Of a stretch of 40,175 nt of DNA, positions 8,446-17,958 are shown piece by piece. Source of the stretch: Escherichia phage 536_P3. Every line of letters begins with the position of its first letter. The stretch's first letter is position 1. Both the position numbers and the translations under genes were made by a program. The stretch lies in the sequence record PQ227709, one strand, 5' to 3'. A model generated the notes under the pieces. It had not been told where the DNA came from and made no database searches. It saw nothing but the letters and a program-made list of their open reading frames with translations.

Positions 8446-8523
8446 ATGTGGCTTATCCTATTCGCTATCGTCGCAACGCTGGGATTAATGGTTGCCGACG
8501 ACAACATTTGGCCTGATTGTTAA
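8446..8523 (+). CDS. Small hydrophobic peptide (gene 1.5 position)
   Basis: 25-aa ORF MWLILFAIVATLGLMVADDNIWPDC with AGGAGA RBS; below track cutoff. Confidence 0.45.
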   Translation: MWLILFAIVATLGLMVADDNIWPDC

Positions 8524-8535
8524 GGAGACAACATC

Positions 8536-8793
8536 ATGCGTTTACACTTCAACAAATCCAATGGCATCTTTTCGGTTCGCCGTGAAGACCGCTCTACAGC
8601 AGTGGCCTCTGAGCGCAACGCCAAGCTGCCGCTGATTGGTTCGGTCGTCCCATTGTCGCCCCGTGTTCACCTGCTGATTACTCGTGGCGAGTTCGTAAAG
8701 GCGATGAACAAAGAGCGCCCACATCTGGAAGCTGTGGTCACTTACTGGCCTCGCATCCGCCTGTTCGTTAAGTGGATTAAGGAGGTGCTGTAA
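8536..8793 (+). CDS. 1.6: Gene 1.6 protein
   Basis: 85-aa ORF with AAGGAGA RBS; MRLHFNKSNGIFSVRREDRS...IKEV resembles recalled T7 gp1.6. Confidence 0.8.
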   Translation: MRLHFNKSNGIFSVRREDRSTAVASERNAKLPLIGSVVPLSPRVHLLITRGEFVKAMNKERPHLEAVVTYWPRIRLFVKWIKEVL

Positions 8794-9269
8794 TGCTGCA
8801 ACATCATTGGAACAAACCAGACTTAGAGGCTCGCTTCCCGGTTAACTCTGTTGTGCGCTACTCTGGCGGTGGTCTCAAGCGCATCTTAGGTATGAGCGGA
8901 GTGGTCACTGGTCACTCGCACACAGGTCGCGTTAAGGTTCGCTTCGGTACTCAGAACGCTGAGGTTCTTCCTGACAACCTGATTCCGCTGCCTAAAGTAG
9001 GCCAGAACGTGGAAGCACCGAAGACAGAAGTCAAGTCTGACGTAACCCACCCTAACCACTACATGTTGTTCGACAACGTGGAAGCCATTGAGGTTATCGC
9101 CCGGTCAATGACCGTCGAGCAATTCAAAGGCTACGTGCTGGGAAACATCCTGAAATACCGTCTGCGTGCTGGTAAGAAATCAGAACTGGCAACGATGGAG
9201 AAAGACCTTAAGAAAGCGGCTTTCTATCAGGAACTGTTTGACAAGTATAAAGGTCTGTGCCATGCGTAG
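8793..9269 (+). CDS. 1.7: Gene 1.7 protein (nucleotide kinase family in T7), short form
   Basis: 158 aa; C-terminal HYMLFDNVEAIEVIARSMTVEQFKGYVLGNILKYRLRAGKKSELA matches recalled T7 gp1.7 C-terminus; TAATG coupling to 1.6. Confidence 0.8.
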   Translation: MLQHHWNKPDLEARFPVNSVVRYSGGGLKRILGMSGVVTGHSHTGRVKVRFGTQNAEVLPDNLIPLPKVGQNVEAPKTEVKSDVTHPNHYMLFDNVEAIEVIARSMTVEQFKGYVLGNILKYRLRAGKKSELATMEKDLKKAAFYQELFDKYKGLCHA

Positions 9270-9708
9270 AACCAATCCAACAACCGGACTACCGTTTAAG
9301 CGTGGCGATGTTCGTGAGGATGGCTACAGGTTTCTGACGTACCAGAAGAGTGTTGTCCGAAAGGATGGCACTTTCAAGGAAGTTTGGATTCATCCAGACA
9401 AGTACGAGGCAACACTGAAAGGAATCTCTAAGGCTGGCGTTAAGTGTCAGCGTGCTCGAAGGGCAAAGCAGAAGGTGTGGGTAGATGAATACAAAGTGTC
9501 TCGCGGGTGTGAGCGCTGCGGCTTCGACAGTCACCCTTCCGCCTTGGACTTTGACCACATGGACAGGAGCCTAAAGTCGTTTGAGATTAGCCAACACATT
9601 GGCCTAAAGTCTGACGATGAGTTGATGGCAGAAATCCAGAAGTGTAGAATCCTGTGCGCCAACTGTCACAGAATCAAATCGTTTGAGGAAGGAGACTATC
9701 TAAGATGA
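9262..9708 (+). CDS. HNH family endonuclease, putative free-standing homing endonuclease
   Basis: First ATG of track ORF 9166..9708, overlapping the 1.7 stop; motif CERCG...DFDHMDRSLKSF...ILCANCHRIK (CxxC...DH...N...CxxCH). Confidence 0.75.
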   Translation: MRRTNPTTGLPFKRGDVREDGYRFLTYQKSVVRKDGTFKEVWIHPDKYEATLKGISKAGVKCQRARRAKQKVWVDEYKVSRGCERCGFDSHPSALDFDHMDRSLKSFEISQHIGLKSDDELMAEIQKCRILCANCHRIKSFEEGDYLR

Positions 9709-9851
9709 CGCTTCGTGAATGCTGCGATTGGTGTGCCGCTAAGTGGAACCAAGCTATTGAGGATGGTGACAAGGCGGCTGCTGACGCTTACCAACAACTG
9801 TACGCGCTGTGGGAGCGGCGCTTTAAGGAGGCTCAAAGTGGAGCAACGTGA
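9705..9851 (+). CDS. 1.8: Gene 1.8 protein
   Basis: 48-aa [19 protein letters not shown]...[21 protein letters not shown] overlap with the HNH stop, GAAGGAGA RBS; resembles recalled T7 gp1.8. Confidence 0.7.
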   Translation: MTLRECCDWCAAKWNQAIEDGDKAAADAYQQLYALWERRFKEAQSGAT

Positions 9852-10002
9852 ACAGAAGTACCTTCTGACGATTGAAGGTAACACCGAGTCCTTTGAGGTT
9901 CCGGTATTCGCCCGGTCTCTCGAAGAGGCAACGCTACAGGCTGAACATTACGAGGACGCTGGCTTCATTGTGAGCCGCATCCGTCCAGAAGTGAAAGCCT
10001 AA
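9838..10002 (+). CDS. 2: Gene 2 protein (inhibitor of host RNA polymerase)
   Basis: ...[38 protein letters not shown] resembles T7 gp2 (SFEVPIYAETLDEAL...GFEVTRVRP); inferred GTG start at 9838, 6 nt after AAGGAGG. Confidence 0.7.
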   Translation: MEQREQKYLLTIEGNTESFEVPVFARSLEEATLQAEHYEDAGFIVSRIRPEVKA

Positions 10003-10026
10003 TTACCCTCACTAAAGGGAACAACC
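10003..10026 (+). promoter_or_regulatory. T3-type phage promoter (phi2.5)
   Basis: ttaccctcactaaagggaacaacc. Confidence 0.75.
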
Positions 10027-10054
10027 CAATCATTAACCACAAAGGAGAAACATT

Positions 10055-10756
10055 ATGGCTGGTTTCAAGAAGAAAATCTACACCTCTGGTCTTGGCACTG
10101 CTGAGCCTTATGCTTACCTGAGTAAGCCAGATTACGGCAACGAAGAGCGGGGCTTTGGCAACCCTCGTGGTATCTATAAGGTAGACCTGACTCTTTCCAA
10201 TAAAGACCCGCGCTGTCAGGCGATGGTCGATGAAATCGTGAAGACTCACGAAGAGGCTTATGCTGCTGCCGTGGAAGAGTTCGAGGCTAACCCGCCGCAG
10301 GCACAGCGTGGTAAGAAACCGCTGAAACCTTACGAGGGCGACATGCCGTTCTTCGATAACGGTGACGGTACGACTACCTTCAAGTTCAAATGCTATGCGT
10401 CTTTCCAAGACAAGAAGACCAAAGAGACCAAACACATTAATCTGGTCGTGGCCGATAGCAAGGGCAAGAAGATTCAGGACGTTCCGATTATCGGCGGCGG
10501 CTCTAAGCTGAAAGTGAAATACTCTCTGGTGCCTTACAAGTGGAACACAGCTGTGGGCGCAAGCGTCAAGCTGCAACTGGAGTCCGTGATGCTGGTCGAA
10601 CTGGCTACCTTCGGTGGTGGTGGCGGTGAAGATGAGTGGGCCGATGAAGTCGAAGATGGTGGTTACACTGCGAGTGAATCCCGTCAGTCCAGCGATGAGC
10701 AGGAGTGGCAGGAAGACGAGCACGAAGAAACCCCGGATGAGGATGAAGACTTTTGA
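10055..10756 (+). CDS. 2.5: Single-stranded DNA-binding protein
   Basis: 233 aa with acidic C-terminal tail ...EDEHEETPDEDEDF as in T7 gp2.5. Confidence 0.92.
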   Translation: MAGFKKKIYTSGLGTAEPYAYLSKPDYGNEERGFGNPRGIYKVDLTLSNKDPRCQAMVDEIVKTHEEAYAAAVEEFEANPPQAQRGKKPLKPYEGDMPFFDNGDGTTTFKFKCYASFQDKKTKETKHINLVVADSKGKKIQDVPIIGGGSKLKVKYSLVPYKWNTAVGASVKLQLESVMLVELATFGGGGGEDEWADEVEDGGYTASESRQSSDEQEWQEDEHEETPDEDEDF

Positions 10757-11208
10757 GTCGCCTGAACCGCGAACAACTGCAAGCTAAGATTCGTGCCAAT
10801 GTAGAACTGGAGGGCGACTGCTGGATTTGGCAGAAGTCCTTCGGTTCTCATGGATACGGTAACATAGGCACTGGTGGCGGTCGAAATGAGACCGTCCATC
10901 GGGTGTCTCATAAAGTGTTTAACGGAGAGATACCCAAGGGTCTGATTGTCTTACATAGCTGCGACAACAGGAAGTGCTGCAACCCGGCACATCTTCGAGC
11001 GGGAACTAGGGTTGACAACATGAAGGATGCCTTGCACCGCTCCCCAATAAAGCGCAAGCTGACACTGGAGGAAGCACAGGAGATTTATGATTCTAAGCTG
11101 TCACAAAGAAAACTCGCTGAACTCTATGGTGTATCTCAGAGATTAATCTGGAACATAAAGAGAGGTGTAGCATGGCAGCATATGGTGCAAAAGGAATCCG
11201 AAAAGTAG
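10753..11208 (+). CDS. HNH endonuclease with C-terminal helix-turn-helix, putative homing endonuclease
   Basis: 151-aa ORF with TTG start overlapping the 2.5 stop (no ATG upstream of the conserved core); motifs GDCWIW...GYG...HRVSH...LHSCDNRKCCNPAHL; C-terminal LSQRKLAELYGVSQRLIWNI HTH-like. Confidence 0.7.
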   Translation: MSRLNREQLQAKIRANVELEGDCWIWQKSFGSHGYGNIGTGGGRNETVHRVSHKVFNGEIPKGLIVLHSCDNRKCCNPAHLRAGTRVDNMKDALHRSPIKRKLTLEEAQEIYDSKLSQRKLAELYGVSQRLIWNIKRGVAWQHMVQKESEK

Positions 11209-11621
11209 GTTCCTTCCGTTCTGGACTTGAAGATAAAGTCCACAAACAACTGGAGGCTCGTGGTGTAAAGGCTGAATATGAAATGTGGAAGATTCCATAT
11301 GTTGTGCCAGCCAGTAATCACACGTACCGACCAGATTTTATTTTACCCAATGGAATCATTGTCGAGACCAAGGGACTTTGGGAAGCTGATGACCGGAAGA
11401 AGCACTTGCTCATCCGTGAGCAGTACCCTGAACTGGACATTCGTCTGGTGTTCTCTTCGAGTCGTACCAAAATCTACAAAGGGTCTCCAACTTCTTACGC
11501 TGAGTTCTGCGAGAAGAAGGGGATTCTCTTTGCCGACAAACTGATACCCGTCGAGTGGCTCAAGGAGCCTAAGCGGGAAGTACCGTGGGAGAAACTAATT
11601 CGTGTAAAGGAGAAAAAGTAA
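11172..11621 (+). CDS. 3: Endonuclease I (Holliday junction resolvase)
   Basis: MAAYGAKGIRKVGSFRSGLEDKV...PASNHTYRPDF... matches recalled T7 gp3. Confidence 0.93.
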   Translation: MAAYGAKGIRKVGSFRSGLEDKVHKQLEARGVKAEYEMWKIPYVVPASNHTYRPDFILPNGIIVETKGLWEADDRKKHLLIREQYPELDIRLVFSSSRTKIYKGSPTSYAEFCEKKGILFADKLIPVEWLKEPKREVPWEKLIRVKEKK

Positions 11622-12077
11622 ATGGCTAAAGTTCAATTCAAACCACGAGCAACCACGGAGGCAATCTTTGTACATTGCTCAGCAACCAAGCCAAGCCAGA
11701 ACATTGGCGTTCGTGAGATTCGTCAGTGGCACAAAGAGCAGGGCTGGTTAGACGTAGGATATCACTTCATCATCAAGCGTGATGGTACTGTGGAAGCAGG
11801 CCGCGATGAACTGGCTGTAGGTTCCCACGTGAAAGGTTACAACCACAACTCCGTAGGCGTATGCCTCGTTGGTGGGATTGATGATAAAGGCAAGTTCGAC
11901 GCCAACTTTACACCTGCGCAAATGCAAGCGCTGCGTAGTCTGCTGGTCACGCTGCTGGCGAAGTACGAAGGGTCTGTTCTCCGTGCTCACCACGATGTTG
12001 CACCTAAAGCCTGCCCGTCCTTCGACTTGAAGCGCTGGTGGGAGAAGAACGAACTGGTTACATCTGACCGAGGGTGA
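11622..12077 (+). CDS. 3.5: Lysozyme (N-acetylmuramoyl-L-alanine amidase; inhibitor of phage RNAP)
   Basis: 151 aa; MAKVQFKPRATTEAIFVHCSATKPSQNIGVREIRQWH... matches recalled T7 lysozyme. Confidence 0.93.
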   Translation: MAKVQFKPRATTEAIFVHCSATKPSQNIGVREIRQWHKEQGWLDVGYHFIIKRDGTVEAGRDELAVGSHVKGYNHNSVGVCLVGGIDDKGKFDANFTPAQMQALRSLLVTLLAKYEGSVLRAHHDVAPKACPSFDLKRWWEKNELVTSDRG

Positions 12078-12081
12078 TACC

Positions 12082-12188
12082 ATGAGGATGATTTGTATTC
12101 GATGTGATAAGCCGTTGAAGAGTCGTGTACCGTCACGTCAGTGTCAGTGCAAAGACCCAATCAAGGCGGAGGAACACACAGAGGAATA

Positions 12189-12189
<1 letters not shown>
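12082..12189 (+). CDS. Small Cys-rich protein (gene 3.7 position)
   Basis: 35-aa ORF MRMICIRCDKPLKSRVPSRQCQCKDPIKAEEHTEE translated by hand; GAGGG RBS. Confidence 0.5.
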
Positions 12190-14005
<1,816 letters not shown>

Positions 14006-14029
14006 TTAACCCTCACTAACGGGAACAAC
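14006..14029 (+). promoter_or_regulatory. T3-type phage promoter (phi4.3)
   Basis: taattaaccctcactaacgggaac. Confidence 0.8.
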
Positions 14030-14051
14030 CTCAAACCATAGGAGACACATC

Positions 14052-14264
14052 ATGTTTAAATTCATTAACGCTTTAGGTAAGCTGGTAGTTAAACTGTACT
14101 TCATCGAAGCCAAGAAGCTGGACAATAAGGCCAAAGCTGATTCACAGCGAGCCATTGAGTTGGCGAAACAGTCACGTGAGAAATCCGATGCGGCTGTTAG
14201 TGGCATCCACAAGTCGGCAGCGATTGCAGCCAAAGCACAATCCATGAGCAAATTCTTTGAGTAA
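14052..14264 (+). CDS. 4.3: Gene 4.3 protein
   Basis: 70-aa ORF at the conserved position after the phage promoter. Confidence 0.75.
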   Translation: MFKFINALGKLVVKLYFIEAKKLDNKAKADSQRAIELAKQSREKSDAAVSGIHKSAAIAAKAQSMSKFFE

Positions 14265-14276
14265 GGAGCGCACACT

Positions 14277-14561
14277 ATGAGCAAGTCAATCACCCACGCA
14301 AACACCATCCGTCTGCCAGACACCGCTGACCAGTTCTCCCGCCGAGTACACATCAATGTGCGTGGTGAGAAGGTCACGATGGTCTACCGCTGGAAAGACC
14401 ACAAGTCTCCGAAAGCACACACTCAACGCATGACCTTGGATGACAAGCAGGTAGGTCGCCTGATGGGTGCCCTGACGATGGCTGCTGACAAGGTGGTCGG
14501 TGATAACCGTGAGCGTCTGGTAGAGTTCGGCGCTGGTATGCAAGAGATTATCGAGAAGTGA
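14277..14561 (+). CDS. 4.5: Gene 4.5 protein
   Basis: 94-aa ORF with AAGGAG RBS between 4.3 and gene 5. Confidence 0.75.
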   Translation: MSKSITHANTIRLPDTADQFSRRVHINVRGEKVTMVYRWKDHKSPKAHTQRMTLDDKQVGRLMGALTMAADKVVGDNRERLVEFGAGMQEIIEK

Positions 14562-14566
14562 TAAAC

Positions 14567-14610
14567 TCAAGGTCGCCCAAGGGTGGCCTTTATGATTATC
14601 ATTTAGCACG
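14567..14610 (+). promoter_or_regulatory. RNase III processing site upstream of gene 5
   Basis: taaactcaaggtcgcccaagggtggcctttatgattatcattta. Confidence 0.7.
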
Positions 14611-14628
14611 AAACCAAAGGAGGGCATT

Positions 14629-16743
14629 ATGCTCGTAAGTGACATTGAGGCCAACAACCTCTTAGAGAAAGTCACCAAGTTTCACTGTGGCGTTATCTAT
14701 GACTACCGTGATTGTGAGTATCATAGTTATCGTCCGGGCGACTTCGGGGCGTATCTGGATGCGCTGGAAGCCGAGGTGAAGCGAGGTGGGCTTATTGTTT
14801 TCCATAACGGTCACAAGTATGACGTTCCGGCTTTAGAGAAGCTCGCAAAGCTGCAACTAAATCGTGACTTCAAGTTACCACGTGAGAATTGTATTGACAC
14901 ATTGGTACTCTCGCGTTTACTTCATGCGAACCTTAAAGACACAGACATGGGGCTTCTTCGTTCCGGGAAACTACCCGGTCGTCGCTTCGGGTCTCACGCT
15001 CTGGAGGCATGGGGTTATCGCTTGGGCGAGATGAAAGGTGAATACAAGGACGACTTCAAGGCTATGCTGGAAGAGCAGGGCGAAGAATATGTTGATGGTG
15101 CTGAGTGGGTTTCATTCAACGAGCCGATGATGGCGTATAACGTTCAAGACGTTGTGGTCACGGTCAAGCTCTTCGAGAAATTCCTGAGTGACCTCCACTA
15201 CTTCCCCGCTGGTATGGACTTCACGAAGTACGATGCGGATTTATTCTGGCGTGAAGCTGGTGAGTCTGTGGATATTGAACACCGCGCAGCGTGGCTTTTA
15301 GCGAAGCAGGAGCGTAACGGCTTCCCGTTCAACACACAGGCCATTGAGGAACTTTATGTAGAACTGGCAGCGAAACGCGCCGAACTTCTGCGAAAGTTAA
15401 CCGAAACGTTTGGCTCGTGGTATCAACCGAAAGGTGGTAAGGAACTCTTCAAGCACCCACGGACAGGCAAACCACTTCCGAGTTATCCTCGCGTGGTCTA
15501 TCCGAAACAGGGTGGCGTGTACAAGAAGCCTCGTAATAAGGCACAGCGCGAAGGTCTTGAACCTTGCGACTTGGACACGAGGGATTACATGGAGGGTGCT
15601 CCGTATACTCCAGTAGAGTTCGTTACGTTCAAGCCGAGCAGCCGTGACCACATTCAGAAGAAACTACAGGAGGCCGGATGGGTGCCTGAGAAGTTCACCG
15701 AGAAGGGTGCGCCTGTGGTGGACGATGAGGTCTTGGAGCATGTACGAGTGGATGACCCTGAGAAGCAGGCGTGCATTGACTTGATTAAAGAGTACCTGAT
15801 GATTCAGAAGCGAATCGGTCAGGCGGCAGAAGGTGACAAAGCGTGGTTACGTTATGTTCAAGATGATGGTAAGATTCACGGAGCCGTTAACCCTAATGGT
15901 GCTGTTACAGGTCGTGCTACTCATAGCTTCCCGAACCTCGCTCAGATACCCGGAGTTCGTTCTCCTTACGGTGAGCAGTGTCGTAGTGCTTTTGGGGCTG
16001 AACACCATCTGGACGGGCTTACGGGCCAGCCTTGGGTGCAAGCGGGGATAGACGCCAGTGGCTTAGAGTTGCGCTGTCTGGCACACTTCATGGCTCGTTT
16101 CGATAACGGAGAGTATGCGAATGAGATTCTCAACGGTGACATTCACACCAAGAACCAGAACGCTGCGGAACTCCCAACGCGCGACAACGCCAAGACCTTC
16201 ATTTACGGGTTCCTTTACGGAGCCGGAGATGAGAAGATTGGTCAGATTGTTGGAGCCGGGAAGGAGCGCGGGAAGGAACTCAAGAAGAAATTCTTAGAGA
16301 ACACCCCGGCGATTGCAGCGCTACGAGAAGCTATCCAACAGTCTCTCGTTAAGTCTTCCGCTTGGATTGGCGGTGAGCAGAAAGTACAGTGGAAGCGCCG
16401 TTGGATTAAAGGTCTGGATGGTCGCAAGGTTCACGTCAGGTCTCCACACGCAGCGCTCAACACATTGTTGCAGTCTGCTGGTGCTCTGATTTGTAAGCTG
16501 TGGATTATCAAGACCGAAGAGATGCTCATTGAGAAAGGCTTGAAGCATGGCTGGGATGGCGACTTTGCGCAGATGGGATGGATTCATGATGAAGTCCAGA
16601 TTGCGTGTCGCACAGAAGAGATAGCCAAGGTCGTCGTAGAGGTAGCCCAAGAAGCTATGCGATGGGTTGGCGAACATTGGAACTTCCGTTGTCGCTTAGA
16701 CACAGAAGGTAAGATAGGCCCGAATTGGGCGGCTTGCCACTAA
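14629..16743 (+). CDS. 5: DNA polymerase (family A, thioredoxin-binding type)
   Basis: 704 aa; MLVSDIEANNLLE...HCGVIYDY... and C-terminal ...GPNWAACH match recalled T7 gp5. Confidence 0.97.
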   Translation: MLVSDIEANNLLEKVTKFHCGVIYDYRDCEYHSYRPGDFGAYLDALEAEVKRGGLIVFHNGHKYDVPALEKLAKLQLNRDFKLPRENCIDTLVLSRLLHANLKDTDMGLLRSGKLPGRRFGSHALEAWGYRLGEMKGEYKDDFKAMLEEQGEEYVDGAEWVSFNEPMMAYNVQDVVVTVKLFEKFLSDLHYFPAGMDFTKYDADLFWREAGESVDIEHRAAWLLAKQERNGFPFNTQAIEELYVELAAKRAELLRKLTETFGSWYQPKGGKELFKHPRTGKPLPSYPRVVYPKQGGVYKKPRNKAQREGLEPCDLDTRDYMEGAPYTPVEFVTFKPSSRDHIQKKLQEAGWVPEKFTEKGAPVVDDEVLEHVRVDDPEKQACIDLIKEYLMIQKRIGQAAEGDKAWLRYVQDDGKIHGAVNPNGAVTGRATHSFPNLAQIPGVRSPYGEQCRSAFGAEHHLDGLTGQPWVQAGIDASGLELRCLAHFMARFDNGEYANEILNGDIHTKNQNAAELPTRDNAKTFIYGFLYGAGDEKIGQIVGAGKERGKELKKKFLENTPAIAALREAIQQSLVKSSAWIGGEQKVQWKRRWIKGLDGRKVHVRSPHAALNTLLQSAGALICKLWIIKTEEMLIEKGLKHGWDGDFAQMGWIHDEVQIACRTEEIAKVVVEVAQEAMRWVGEHWNFRCRLDTEGKIGPNWAACH

Positions 16744-16752
16744 GGAGGATTT

Positions 16753-17085
16753 ATGGGAGGCGTGGCTACACTAAGGTTCCACAATATGCCGACCGGGTGT
16801 GTAGTCTGCGTTTCACATAAGCGCAACCACGATGGCTACTTCCGGTACAGCGTAGGGTCGTCCAGAAAGGGCGAGAAGAAATGCTTCATGTTTCACCGAT
16901 GGGTTTGGGAGCAACACCGTGGGCCAATACCCGAAGGGTACGAGATAGACCACTTATGCCTGAACCGTGGGTGCTGCAACGTAGAACACTTGCAGTGCAT
17001 CCCGAAGCGTGAACACATAATCAAAACCAACAAAGAGCGCAAGCTCATAAAGGAGAAACATTATGGCAATGACCAAACACTTTAA
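16753..17085 (+). CDS. 5.3: HNH endonuclease (gene 5.3 position)
   Basis: 110 aa, AAGGAGG RBS; motif EIDHLCLNRGCCNVEHLQCIPKREH. Confidence 0.75.
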   Translation: MGGVATLRFHNMPTGCVVCVSHKRNHDGYFRYSVGSSRKGEKKCFMFHRWVWEQHRGPIPEGYEIDHLCLNRGCCNVEHLQCIPKREHIIKTNKERKLIKEKHYGNDQTL

Positions 17086-17365
17086 AGTAACCTTCGACGT
17101 TACCGCTGTGATTGACAGCGAATCCGAGAAGAATCTGAACGAGTTGCTGGTAGACCTAGCTAAGAAGGCCGGGGCTGGCGAGAAGCTGAATCCGTTCAAA
17201 CAAGAACTGCTTATTCAAGGCCTGACACACGGGCCGGAAGGCGCTGCTGCGTTCTGTATCAAGCAGGGTCTCCGTGAGTTTATCCGTGATGGTCACAGTG
17301 AGTTAAGCTCTACCGAGCAGAAGCTGATGAGATTCTCACCTGCAACTGTACGGGAGGTGTTCTAA
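17063..17365 (+). CDS. 5.5: Gene 5.5 protein (binds host H-NS in T7)
   Basis: MAMTKHFKVTFDVTA...SPATVREVF matches recalled T7 gp5.5. Confidence 0.85.
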   Translation: MAMTKHFKVTFDVTAVIDSESEKNLNELLVDLAKKAGAGEKLNPFKQELLIQGLTHGPEGAAAFCIKQGLREFIRDGHSELSSTEQKLMRFSPATVREVF

Positions 17366-17574
17366 TGAGTGAATACCTGAAAGTGCTGGCAGCTATCAAA
17401 GGCTGCCCTAAGTCCTTTCAGTCGAACTATGTGCGAAACAATGCGGCTCTCGTAGCTGAGGCCGCTTCTCGTGGACACATTAGCTGTTTGACTGTGGGTG
17501 GTCGCAATGGTGGAGCATGGGAGGTCACAGCCTCTGGTGTGCGCTTCCTGAAACGAATGGGAGGTTGCGTATGA
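17365..17574 (+). CDS. 5.7: Gene 5.7 protein
   Basis: 69-aa ORF MSEYLKVLAAIKGC... at the conserved position. Confidence 0.8.
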   Translation: MSEYLKVLAAIKGCPKSFQSNYVRNNAALVAEAASRGHISCLTVGGRNGGAWEVTASGVRFLKRMGGCV

Positions 17575-17783
17575 GTAAGCCTTTAGACTATATGGGCAAT
17601 GAGATTAATATTGGTGACACGGTGATATACGTTGGGGCTGGTTACACCACGTTCAAACGTGAGTCTGTCACAAAGATAAGCCCGAAGACTGTCACGCTTG
17701 GGGATAAGTCACGCTTGGATTCGTTCACTCGACGCCCGTTCGCTTCCGTAATTGTCGTGAAGCAAGGAGGAGGTGTGGTATGA
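17571..17783 (+). CDS. Hypothetical 70-aa protein between 5.7 and 5.9
   Basis: ATG 17571 overlaps the 5.7 stop (ATGA) and its own stop overlaps the 5.9 start (ATGA); track ORF 17517..17783 is an upstream extension. Confidence 0.55.
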   Translation: MSKPLDYMGNEINIGDTVIYVGAGYTTFKRESVTKISPKTVTLGDKSRLDSFTRRPFASVIVVKQGGGVV

Positions 17784-17911
17784 TTATGCCTAAGAGTGAC
17801 ATTGTAACGATGACTCGTGATGCGTGGAATGACGTTAGCGCATACATTGAGTTCCTCGAAGGTCGCCTAGCTAAGCTGAACGCGCTGGAGGCACACGGGG
17901 TTGACAACTGA
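17780..17911 (+). CDS. 5.9: Gene 5.9 protein (RecBCD inhibitor in T7)
   Basis: 43-aa ORF MIMPKSDIVTMTRDAWNDVSAYIEFLEGRLAKLNALEAHGVDN; resembles T7 gp5.9 (...RDVWNDIQGYIDSLE...). Confidence 0.75.
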   Translation: MIMPKSDIVTMTRDAWNDVSAYIEFLEGRLAKLNALEAHGVDN

Positions 17912-17958
17912 TGTGGTTATGACGATGCAACCGCTGAACTCTTTAAGGAGGATGACGA

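Noticed and set aside
9965-10723. 252-aa minus-strand ORF opposite the SSB gene
   Set aside because: Same reasoning: antisense open frame with no expression signals, overlapping gene 2.5.
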